Shown piece by piece: positions 1 to 10,249 of a stretch of DNA of 64,000 nt (positions within the stretch are counted from its first letter, which is position 1; the number at the start of each line of letters is the position of its first letter). This stretch comes from Eledone cirrhosa (lineage: Eukaryota), in the NCBI GenBank assembly GCA_964016885.1, contig OZ024742.1, positions 119,102,001 to 119,166,000 of the forward strand, given 5' to 3'. A program made the translations under genes and the position numbers. The notes under the pieces are model-generated. The model made no database searches. It saw only the letters and a list, made by a program, of their open reading frames with translations, and was not told the DNA's origin.

Positions 1-59
1 CACCCTCCACCTCACCCCTCACCACACCCTCCCTTCCTCCCTCACACACCCAAACCCCA

Positions 60-2216
60 CCACTTGTTGTTACCATACCCCCTGACCCCCCCCCTCCGCA
101 CCTGAGCGCTCACTCCTTAGTAGAGGCCTTCGCTTCATACCCCACACTCCGCACAGCGACGAGTTCCGCACCCGAACGGAAGTCGAGCGATTCGTGCGAC
201 GCACGAAGCTACAGGCACATTTCGGCCGAACGCCACCGGCTCCGAACGCCCAAGACCCGTTTCTCGCCCTGGGCCGACGCCCATCTTCTTGGACGCCGGC
301 CCCAGGGCAATTTAGCACCCTGGACGCGTTCGTCGATGCCAGCCGTAGCGCCGTAAATCGTTTCGACTTCCGCTACCGTTCCAAACGGAATAACATCTCA
401 CGGGGCGAACTCCTCGCTCTCCGCTCCCTCCGTAGCCGAGATGACATCATCATCAAACCGGCGGACAAGGGAGGCGCCGTGGTGGTGTGGCGCGCGGACC
501 TCTACACGGCCGAAGCCCTAAGGCAGCTCCGTAACCCCCTCTTCTACCACCCTCTATCCTCCGATCCCACACCCCTCTACCAACAACAAGTTTCCTCCAC
601 CATCCAACACCTTGTCTCCTCCTCCCTCCTCCCCCACCGCTTCCCACCTCATAGTCCGCACCCCCCGCACCCCCACCATCTACTTCCTCCCCAAACTCCA
701 CAAACCCGACAACCCTGGCCACCCCATCGTCTCCGCTTGCAACTTCCCCACCGAACTCATCTCCGCCTTTCTTGACTCCATCTTCGCCCCCCTTGTCACC
801 ACCCTCCCCTCCCACATCTCCGACACCAACCACGCCCTGCGCCTTTTCGACTCCTTCACCTACCCACCCGGCCCACAGCCCTTCCTCTTCACCCTAGACA
901 TCAAGTCCCTCTATACCGTCATCCCCCACGCCGACGGCCTACGTGCCCTCAAGCACTACCTCGACCTTCGCCCCTCCCCCATTCCCTCACCCTCAACTGT
1001 TTCTCCTTCTCGGGTGAGTTTTACCAACAGGTCACGGGGGTAGCCATGGGTACAAGAATGGGCCCAAACTATGCCAACATTTTTGTTGGCCATATTGAGG
1101 CCCAAATCTTTGCCCAATATACCGGCCCCACGCCCGAACTGTACGGTCGTTACATCGACGACTGTATCGGAGCCACGACCCTCACCCGAGAACAGCTCGA
1201 CTCCTTTCTCTCCTTCTTCTGCTCCTTCCACCCCTCCCTCCACTTCACCACCTCTATCTCCACCATCCACGTCCACTTCTTAGACATCTCCGTCGCCTTC
1301 GACCCCTCCCACCATTCCTTCGTCACCTCCGCCTTCTTCAAGCCCACCGACTCCCACTCCTACCTCGACTTCACCTGTTCCGACCCCACACACACTAAAC
1401 ACTCTATTCCCTACTCCCAACTCCCCAGGATCCGCCGCCTCTGTAGCCGAGATGCTGACTTTGAGTCCCAGGCCCTTTCCCTAGTCAGCCATTTCATCCG
1501 CAGAGGTTACCCCCTCTCGTCCACACCGCTCTCACCCGCGCCCGTGCTGTCCACCACTCCACCACCCTCACCCCACGCCACCGCACACCCACCGTCTCCC
1601 CTTCCGCATCACCTACCACCCCTCCACCATACCCCTCCACCGCACCATCCTCTGCCTCTTCCGACGCCTCCAGTCCGACAGCTCCACCTCCCACATCTTC
1701 CCAGCCCCACCACTCCCCTCCTTCAAACGCGCACGCAATCTCCGCACCCTCCTCGTCCACAGTTCCCTACCCCCAACCCACGCTCTCCTTCCCCCCGGTT
1801 CCTTTCCCTGTTCCAGGCCCCGCTGCAACACCTGTCCCCACATCACCACCACCACCACCACCTTCCAGGGTCCCAACGGCCACTCTCTCTCGGTCCGGCA
1901 TGCCTTCCGCTGCACCTCCTCCAACCTAGTCTACGGACTTCGCTGCACGGAGTGCAGCGCGACTTACGTCGGACAGACTGGACGTCGCCTGGCGGACAGA
2001 TTTACTGAACACCTCCGCGATATTCGTCTCGGTGGTAGTTCCCTCATCGCCCGCCACTTTGGTGCCCCTGGACATTCCGCACATCACCTCACAGTCTGTG
2101 GCCTACTCCAATGCCACGGAACACCCGCCACTCCCCTCAGGGTCGAACAACGAACCATCTTCACCCTACAGACCCACACTCCCCCCGGCCTGAACTCGCC
2201 ACCCTTATTCCTTTAG
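60..2216 (+). pseudogene. Frameshifted PLE reverse transcriptase/GIY-YIG endonuclease ORF
   Basis: Motifs LLSRGLRFIP, IIIKPADKGGAVVVW, YFLPKLHK, LDIKSLYT, GVAMGTRMGPNYANIF, RYIDD, FLDI, PCSRPRCNTCPH, NLVYGLRCTECSATYVGQT, PPGLN; stop TAG 2214-2216; frameshifts and a deletion near 985. Confidence 0.9.
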
Positions 2217-3671
2217 CCTTCGACCGCCCCCCTCCCCCCACACATATCCCCCACTAGCACCACTAACACACCCCTCTTTTTCACCGCCCACCCCACAACT
2301 AACAATACTAACACCTCCACCCTACACCCGACCACCCTTCCCCAACTAACATACTAACATCCCTCCCTTCTTCTCCTCCCTCCTTATCACACGCATACAC
2401 CCACCGGTACATATATACACACGCTCACACTAAACACACACCCTACTAACACCACTAACCCTCACCCCCACACATCCACCCCACCACCCCGCAACTAACA
2501 TCACTAACATCCCCCGACCCCAAGCACACGAACACACACACCCACTTACACCACTCACTCTACACGCAACTAACATCACTAACACCCCCCAACTCTACGC
2601 ACACGAACACACACACCCTCTTACACCACCCACTCTACACACCCTACCACCACTGACCCCCACTCACACCCGCATTCAACCCTTTCTCCACCTCCAGTAT
2701 ACTAACACCCACTAACACCCCCTTCACCACACACACACTCATCCAAACACGCACACACACACCAGTACACTACACTACCCCATCTGCCCCACACCCTTCT
2801 CTTCCCGCTCCACCCACACCCTTTCTCAACACATCCCACTAACACCTCTACTAATACACACACACCCCTCCTCACTCCAACTTTCGCACCTCCCCATCCT
2901 CTCCCCTGTCCACCGCACCTCCGCACACACTGACACACCGACTTTCTTCACTTACCATTCTACCCTACTGCTGCTATGCCCTTATCTCTGACCACCTCCC
3001 CTCACACACAGACACACAACCCCCCTCCTGCCTTGACCCTCTGACCACTTCCTGTTGCGCGCGCACCCACATCTCCCCTCTTCCGACCAATCTCTTCACG
3101 GATTACACATATGTGAACATCGATCCCTAGAATCCACCACATCCCAAGGATATTACTCAGCATTCCACCACAGGAACTACCTTAACGACTCACCCACGGA
3201 CATACACCCCAAACATTTTTTTTCCCCACACGCCACCTACATCCACAACACGCATAAACACCACACACACACGTGCCTACCACCACATATTTACACATTC
3301 AGCCTCCGGAATCCTCTCCCCCACCCCTCTATCCACACACGCACACACACCTCTTCCTGAACATGCAACCCCGTTCTTCCCCCAACTCTTACTTTCACAT
3401 ACACACACACGTACACCTACACACACACACCACCATCAGCCCTCCCCGCTCGGACAACCCGTCTCCCTCTCCCCACTCCACCCGCCACCACACCTAGACG
3501 CCCCACACCCTTTCACCACCTGTTTTACTTCATGTGTATTTTTATTTTTATTTTTATCATGCCTTTATATTTAATTTCATTTGTACCGTTTCATCTCACC
3601 CCCTTTTTTCTATATGTCTCTCCACCACTCCCCTACACACCCTTGGAACTCTCTTCCCACACACTTTTCAC

Positions 3672-3702
3672 CTGAAGAAGGGCTTATGCCCGAAACGTCG
3701 TT
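3672..3702 (+). ncRNA. Minimal hammerhead ribozyme motif in PLE pLTR
   Basis: CTGAAGA-A-GGGC-TTAT-GCCC-GAAAC-GTCG; stem I partner not obvious. Confidence 0.75.
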
Positions 3703-3787
3703 CCCCACCACCACCCCACTCTCAAGAGCGTGAAACTAATAAACCTTTGTTCGTACTGCCTCTCTGTTTTGTTCCCGTCTTTTTATT

Positions 3788-4000
3788 TGTAAACTTTCTA
3801 AGTATTTGACTCTTACTGTAATTTTCAGTATTACCACCCCACATAAATTCCTCAATTTGTATGTGTGGATGTGTCTGTGGGGGTGGTGTGAGTGGATGTG
3901 CAAGTCAACCAACATAAGTCTTTCTATATATGTAAACTTTCTAGTATTCGACTCTAACCATAATTTTCAGTAGTAGCACCCCACATAAATTCCTCAATTT
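3788..4000 (+). repeat. ~70 bp imperfect direct repeat (3788-3858 and 3931-4000)
   Basis: TGTAAACTTTCTA...ATTTTCAGTA...CACCCCACATAAATTCCTCAATTT occurs twice. Confidence 0.85.
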
Positions 4001-4009
4001 AAGAATGAC

Positions 4010-4697
4010 CTGTAGTATCGAAGTTCATACTATAAACCTTATTTGAATATATATCTGACCAGGAATGCTTTTTGTGAAAATCAGTCATATGGAACTATTG
4101 TCATCTTGCCTGACAGTTTGAACTTTACAACACCACCTGCCTCTTTGAGGTCAAATACCAACCCTACTAGCATCTACAAACTGACCAATGAGAATTAAGA
4201 TTATTCCTGCTGACAACATTAAATTATCCCTAACAAGCTCATATGTCCCAAGGCTCTGATACCATCAACACTATAAACACAGAGCTGGCATATCTAAGAA
4301 CTGACTAACTGCCTGATGAGCTCATAGCCATTCAATGGCTATCATCGAAATAAATATAGCAGTAAATAAAGGATTATGAGTTCATACAATTGACTTATGT
4401 TTCGTCACTATTATAACTCCGGAACTTATATCTTCGTTGAGTGGTCCCTATCTGCATACTGAAGTACTGGATTTTACCAACACCTTCTTGCTTACCTCAT
4501 GCTCCACACCCTGTTGAGCGCTTCATACAGTAGCGGACCGCAGCCAATATGAATAAACTCACCACTCTGGCATCACTGAAGGACATCCCATTACCGGGTA
4601 AACGAGACTACACCAGGAATCTCACTAAGAGTACTGAATCCCTAATACGCAGGATGAGGTGGAGGGCTTACCACTTTGATAGAGGAAACCCCAATAC
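4010..4697 (+). mobile_element. Naiad-like PLE 5' fragment (pLTR followed by ORF start); left boundary approximate
   Basis: Hammerhead 4308-4363, AATAAA 4365-4370, then ATG 4549 encoding SLKDIPLP..Y...L....ESLIRRMRWRAYHF (Naiad N-terminal motif); ends at a (TA)n tract. Confidence 0.75.
4308..4363 (+). ncRNA. Type I hammerhead ribozyme motif
   Basis: Stem I ACTGC/GCAGT; CTGATGA 4313-4319; stem II contains ATAGCCAT-TCA-ATGGCTAT; GAAA 4347-4350; minimal stem III ending in ATA cleavage triplet. Confidence 0.8.
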
Positions 4698-4814
4698 TAT
4701 ATATATATATATGTATATAGTGCCAATCATTGTATGTTTGAATCTGACATGCAAAAACATATATATATATATATATGAATAAAGTAAGCCCAAATCATAG
4801 TAGATTCAATTATA

Positions 4815-4818
<4 letters not shown>

Positions 4819-4883
<65 letters not shown>

Positions 4884-4886
4884 GAA
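4819..4886. repeat. (GA)n microsatellite
   Basis: Direct reading. Confidence 0.95.
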
Positions 4887-5581
4887 GAGAAATGAGGTGT
4901 AACAGAAATGAAACATGGATTACAGGTTAAAATATAGTCTAGATAGATGTGAAACAAAACGAGGATGTAGTTATAGAACACCCAAATGATTTAGAAGTCG
5001 ACCTTAGGTAGAAACAATAACATTAAGAAAGACATGAACGACACCATAATACTTTGCTTTGAAAATTTTGAAAGTAGGTTTATAAGTATGAATTTTTATA
5101 AGTTTTTCGTAGTTGTCTCTATGGCCTAGCGGTAGGCACTAGAGATGGTGGAGATTCTGGTCTTGGGTTCATTCCTGGTCAAGAGGTACATGTAACCATC
5201 TTCAGTTTTTATTTTACAATCAATAAAAAAAACTGAAAAGGTTTACCGGAAACCCTACTGCCGACCAGTATCGAACTTCAGACGAGGACTATCAGTCTAT
5301 GATTCCTCCAATTAGGCCACCGAAACAGCTACAAAAGTATAATGAAAATTGATAATTATAAACCTATTTTAAAAATCAAAGTTAAAGAGATGTGGTGTCG
5401 TTCATGGCTTTCCTAGAGCTATTAGTTAAATTTAGGGTCGACTTCTGGTCATTATTGAAAGTCTCTGGATTTCGCAAAATACATAATATATTTTATTGGA
5501 GAAGGTAAGATATTTTTCCGCAAAAATTTGACTGCACTGTTTTGTTTCCTCTTATGTATTTTTCGAAAATGTTATTTATTC
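4887..5581. mobile_element. Unclassified fold-back repeat with two convergent tRNA-like units, copy 1
   Basis: Colinear with 12970-13650; internal inverted arms (AGAAGTCGACCTT/AGGGTCGACTTCT, GAAAGACATGAACGACACCA/TGGTGTCGTTCATGGCTTTC); A- and B-box-like motifs on both strands. Confidence 0.8.
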
Positions 5582-5619
5582 ATTATAAAAATTAAATGAT
5601 AGCATTCATCTCCTGGCAA

Positions 5620-5860
5620 CCAATATCTTTAGACCCAGTCCACCACTCTGTGTGTGTGTGTGTTTGTCCCACTCTTTATGTTTACATATGTGCTTGCGTT
5701 TATGTCATATAACTTAGCGGTTCGACTGAAGAACTTGATAAAATATGTACCTGAATAAGTATTGGAGTCGATATGATAAGTTAAATGCAGGAGGTGCCCG
5801 GTTATGGCCGCAATCTAATGATTGAAACCAGTGACAAAATAAAGAATAGAAGACTACGAA
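5620..5860 (+). mobile_element. Degraded SINE body/3' part, octopus-SINE-like
   Basis: GATAAAATATGTACC...GGAGTCGAT...ATGGCCGCAATCTAATGATTGAAAC resembles the SINE cores at 49745 and 56200. Confidence 0.45.
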
Positions 5861-6966
5861 AGAGAAGAGACTATATAATCTTTTGTTCGCCGAAACTGAA
5901 ATAATAATAATAATATAATATAAACTATAATGGGGAAATGAAAGATAGTTGAAAAGTAAAGCCAAATAAAACCAAAACAAAACAAAACCAAGCCTTCAAC
6001 CATCTACTACAACTCCAACTATATTCTATATTTAAATGTCTGAAATTAGGCACGGAATTCAAGATCTCGGAAAATGTAGACACGCAGAAAAGTTCATTTT
6101 ATGGAGTTTGGTACAACCGCCTTGAAATTGTAATTGTGTGCGCGTGTGGGGCGTATATGAGGATGTAGGCAGGAACATTTCAACTAACTGATTCCTCTCC
6201 CCCACTCTATAATAATGTTCTAAACGGGAGTGTATAAAAGTTCTCCGTGATCAACGGCACGTGTAGTTGCAGTCGTCCAGGAACCGCGTAATATGAAATT
6301 CTGAGTAACTTGATGAGACCAACAGGTTTTTTTTTTATATACACACTAATACCGTAGGAAGTAGTTTTGGGCTGTACCGTTACATTTCCTCAAATATAAA
6401 TTTAAATTATAAACTCATGCCCCCTCTCATCAGCCAATTTTGCATCTTTGACACGTGTTGTACCTGCCCAGCCTGAATTAATTACACCCCCCCATTAATT
6501 ACATACCCCCACGAACAGATTGTTTTCTCTTTATAATAAGCTTCTAATTTGTAATTGTCTTTAGACAATGAAACAGAGACATACGATGAAGAAGTTTCAG
6601 CCTTTTTCTGAGTTAAATACACAGCGAAAATATTCATAATACTACACAAACATTTTATAGACTAACGTTTTGATGTTAACTTGTCTGATAGCGTTCCCCG
6701 GCTCAGTCAATATTTTCATATCGGTAATTCAGGAAAGACGTGTTACATTTTTACATTCACCATTATGCTCTCACCTTCCCACACACAATAGCCACTATAA
6801 CTATAGCATTACACCCTTCAATTAACTTCTCTCATTAAGGAAGTAATTCTCACAAACAAACAAGTTTAATACATATGTATACATAGTGGGGCGTTTAAGT
6901 GGTTGTATGTGGAATTGGAGAATAGGGAAACTCATGGATTTTTATGGATACCTAAGTTATATATGA

Positions 6967-7430
6967 CTAGCTGAGGTACCCGGCTCGCCCGGGAAAATAG
7001 TTAAGAGAAGACGGATAAAACAGAAAACGACTGTATTGGATGTGTTGTCTGATATGAGTGTGAGATTGTAATGTGTGTGTGAGAGAGACATAAACAAAAA
7101 AAACAATAATAAAACTTCCTTATTAGGCCGGGGGAGTAAACTGCCGATTAAATGGTAGCATTGGCCTTGGATTTTAAATGGTGTGAAATAGCCTTAGTCA
7201 GTATGATCTTTTCCAACTCCAAAGGACGTCATCTGAAATGCAGCAATATACTGCACAACATTGCTTCTGAAGTCTTTAGCTTCGTTAGTACGGTCTGTAA
7301 GTAATATATTGATAAAAGGTGGAGGGTAGATTAATTTCAAATAGTATCGATTTTACTTTGTTCTGTAAAATCAAAGACTGTAAAACGACTTTATAAAAGC
7401 TAACGCAATATTGTTAAACCTTCCTATGGT
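6967..7430 (-). mobile_element. Internally deleted Helitron with intact 3' terminus; 5' limit approximate
   Basis: Minus strand CCCGG-GCGAG-CCGGG hairpin (6979-6993), then CTAG|T (6967-6970); 7130-7290 minus encodes YIAAFQMTSFG...FKIQGQCYHLIGSLLP, matching the RepHel motif at ~42150. Confidence 0.82.
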
Positions 7431-7562
7431 TTAAGCCAATTCTAGACTTTTGTGGGACGTCACTCTCTCTTTCTCTCTCTGAATATTTAACATTTTAATT
7501 GTATCTCTCTCTGTATAACGACCTATCTCTCTCTTTCTGCCTCTCCCTCTGGGCCCCTCTCT

Positions 7563-7565
<3 letters not shown>

Positions 7566-7616
<51 letters not shown>

Positions 7617-7639
7617 GTATATATATATATGTATATATA

Positions 7640-7698
<59 letters not shown>

Positions 7699-7707
7699 GT
7701 ATATATA

Positions 7708-7770
<63 letters not shown>
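7566..7770. repeat. (TA)n microsatellite with TG interruptions
   Basis: Direct reading. Confidence 0.95.
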
Positions 7771-7772
<2 letters not shown>

Positions 7773-8057
7773 CGGCGATGAATTAGTTTTGCGAGGTTTT
7801 TTTTATATGAAATCGTGTGTCGAAACAGATATTGTTATACTTGGGGAGGGTCATATTTGCGTAATATTGCCAGAATTAATAACAGAACACACTCACTGTT
7901 TGGTTGGTTTTCGCTTCTCGCTGTCTTTTATTATATCTGCGATCTAACTTACTCGGTCCTCAATGTTGCCATTGACTGACCGGCGGTCAAAAATAATACA
8001 GATACAATATAGACACAAACACATATATATATATATAGTTTACATAATTTACATAAA

Positions 8058-8495
8058 TCTTTCGTTGCACATCTGCAACATCGTCAGTGGTGTTATATTC
8101 ATTGTTCCTCCTGTTGTGTTGTATGCCTACGCCATTTTTTATTCAGTCTGTCTATATATTTATTTATTTATTTGCTTGTTTGTTTATCTTATTTTATTTT
8201 GTCTTCTTTGCGCATGCGTTTGCGTGTGTGTATAGTGTTATGTGTGATGTGTGACTAGTGTGTATAGTGTTGTGTCTGCTGGGTGACTAGTGTGTGTTTA
8301 TGTGCTTGTTGTTATTGTGCTTGTGTATGTATTTATTTATCTTATTTTATTTAATTTTATTTACTTATTTATACTTCTCTTAGGTCAGTGTTGTTTGTTT
8401 GGGTGTTGTTGTTGTTCCACTCATTCTTTCTGTTTAGCTTTGGTCTTCTAATTTCTATTTCACTGGCCTCTCTGATTTGCCTATCTGCTGGGTCA
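8058..8495 (-). mobile_element. 3' end of a Penelope/Poseidon-like PLE (GIY-YIG C-terminus plus pLTR)
   Basis: Minus strand DPADRQIREASEIEIRRPKLNRKNE, followed by an AC-rich UTR and a hammerhead core. Confidence 0.65.
8059..8090 (-). ncRNA. Hammerhead ribozyme motif, 3'-truncated
   Basis: Minus strand CTGACGA-T-GTTGCA-GATG-TGCAAC-GAAAG with a perfect 6 bp stem II. Confidence 0.7.
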
Positions 8496-9240
8496 TTAGG
8501 GCTAGAAATATTTTGCCTACATTGGTTTTAACGTTGAGTGAGAAGGGAGGAGAGAACTAGATAGTTTGTCTATTGTTACGCTTTCTTTTCTTATTGCTGT
8601 TGTTGTTAGTGGGAGAGCAAGTGATAGCTAACGCCGTGTTATAGTAGGGTGCCGCTCTGTCAAAGATAGCCTTATTAGAGGAGGGGTTTGAGATTCTAGT
8701 ACTGATATTATTTACGAAGTTTCTAAAAACATTGGGAGAGTGGCATGAGTCCTTGTGAATGTAATTGAGTTTTTCTTTAAGCTTATGGAAGGGTCTGTAG
8801 GTGTGTGGGTGAAGGTCTAAATTAATGTCTAAGAAATCTACGCTAGATAGGTTGGTAGCTACTGTAATCCTAAGTCCTAACTCATTGAAGGTAGAAGCTA
8901 AGTCTTTTTTAAACCTGTCGAGGTCGTGACCACTTTTATGGCTCGATCTCAGAGACCCTGTTAAACAAAGCGTTGGACTTTGCTACCACTTACACTACCG
9001 TCGATGGTTTAGACAAGGAAATAATCGCTCACTGCCGGAAAACTCTCCCCTTCAACAACGGAGTAGCCTGGGCAAAGAAGTCAACAACTTCAGACCTATT
9101 CGGCGTCTCCATGGGATCGTTTGACAGTGCTGACGTATGCGACTTGGTTGGACTATTTATTTTAGACATATTACGTGTTAGATTCCCGGACTTCCACACG
9201 GGAATATACCGCGACGATGGACTGACCTTATCGAACCATC
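8496..9240 (-). mobile_element. Naiad-like PLE RT fragment with inverted 5' segment
   Basis: 8950-9240 plus strand: FGVSMGSFDSADVCDLVGLFIL...GIYRDDGLTLSNH; 8947-8496 minus strand continues HKSGHDLDRFKKDL...VDFLDINLDL...I*FSPPFSLNVKTNVGKIFL. Confidence 0.85.
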
Positions 9241-9853
9241 CTTCTCTGCTCCACTTTTGCCCGACCCCACCTTGAATACTGTTGTCCACTGTGGTCTCCC
9301 CACACGAAACAAAGTATCATGAAAGTTGAAGCACCCCAAAGATCAATTATAAAAAAGATAGATGGCATGACAGGCCTTGACTATTGGAGTCGATTAGAAA
9401 AGCTCAACCTTTATTCACTCCAACGTCGCCGTGAGCGTTACATTATCTGCATGATGTGGAAAATATTCCATCAGTTTAGCCCAAATGATGTTGGCATCAC
9501 CTTTAAGGTACACCCAAGGCTTGGGACACGTGATATTCACCCACGACCACAATCTCACTCGCATCTCATAACAACAATAGGACACAATTATTTCACCTCA
9601 ATTAGCCCCGCTCTCTTTAACATTACTCCAAAACACATTAAAACAGAAACAGACCCCATAAGTTCAAGAAGTCTTTGGACAAATTCCTTCAAGAAATCCC
9701 GGATAAACCTCCTACAGCCGGATATGCCTTCGTAAACAATAACTCTCTACTTGAGTGGGCCATGGTGCCCAAATCCTGATTTGAAAGACTTCGCCAGGTG
9801 GTGCTATTAAGTTACACATGACCTGGGCCAATACTGGCCGAAACCTATCAAAG

Positions 9854-9856
<3 letters not shown>
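9241..9856 (+). mobile_element. CR1/L2-group LINE 3' fragment
   Basis: CPTHLEYCCPLWSPH, KVEAPQRSIIKKIDGM, LDYWSRLEKLNLYSLQRRRERY; ends at (TA)n 9855-9924. Confidence 0.8.
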
Positions 9857-9928
<72 letters not shown>

Positions 9929-10249
9929 TGTGTGTGTGTCTGTGAGGTTGCTTTTGTGCGTTACTGGTAACAGTGGTCGAGTCGCCGGTGACTAAACCGG
10001 CAACCCCACCAACATTGTTTAGTAAGATAGTGATTTGGACATCATGCGGGACGAAAAACAAAACCCGTCAAAGGGCGGAAGAACTCAGGAGAGTTAACGG
10101 CCATCGAATTAATCGTTAGTGCTGTGCAAGCCACATCCATTTTAAAAATAATATTTCCTACACAGTTCTTCTTGTACATTTTCCTCGATATTTAAGATCG
10201 TAACGAGGGGTTGACAGTAACCTGAAAATGCATCCATAATTTTAATTGA

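Larger units (their letters stand above)
1..3760 (+). mobile_element. Penelope-like retroelement, Neptune-like (RT + Cys linker + GIY-YIG, long C/A-rich 3' region, pLTR with hammerhead)
   Basis: Coding remnants to 2216, C/A-rich tail, hammerhead core at 3672-3700, AATAAA at 3738-3743. Confidence 0.88.

Noticed and set aside
5118-5325. Functional tRNA genes
   Set aside because: Only A/B boxes are present; no complete cloverleaf could be drawn, and the intervening sequence differs between the two copies.
7431-7947. ORFs of YIYI, HTHT, CVCV, LSLS or poly-L/I/Y type here and at 15.3, 31.2, 34.5, 46.0, 48.2, 51-52 and 55.0 kb
   Set aside because: They are translations of microsatellites.
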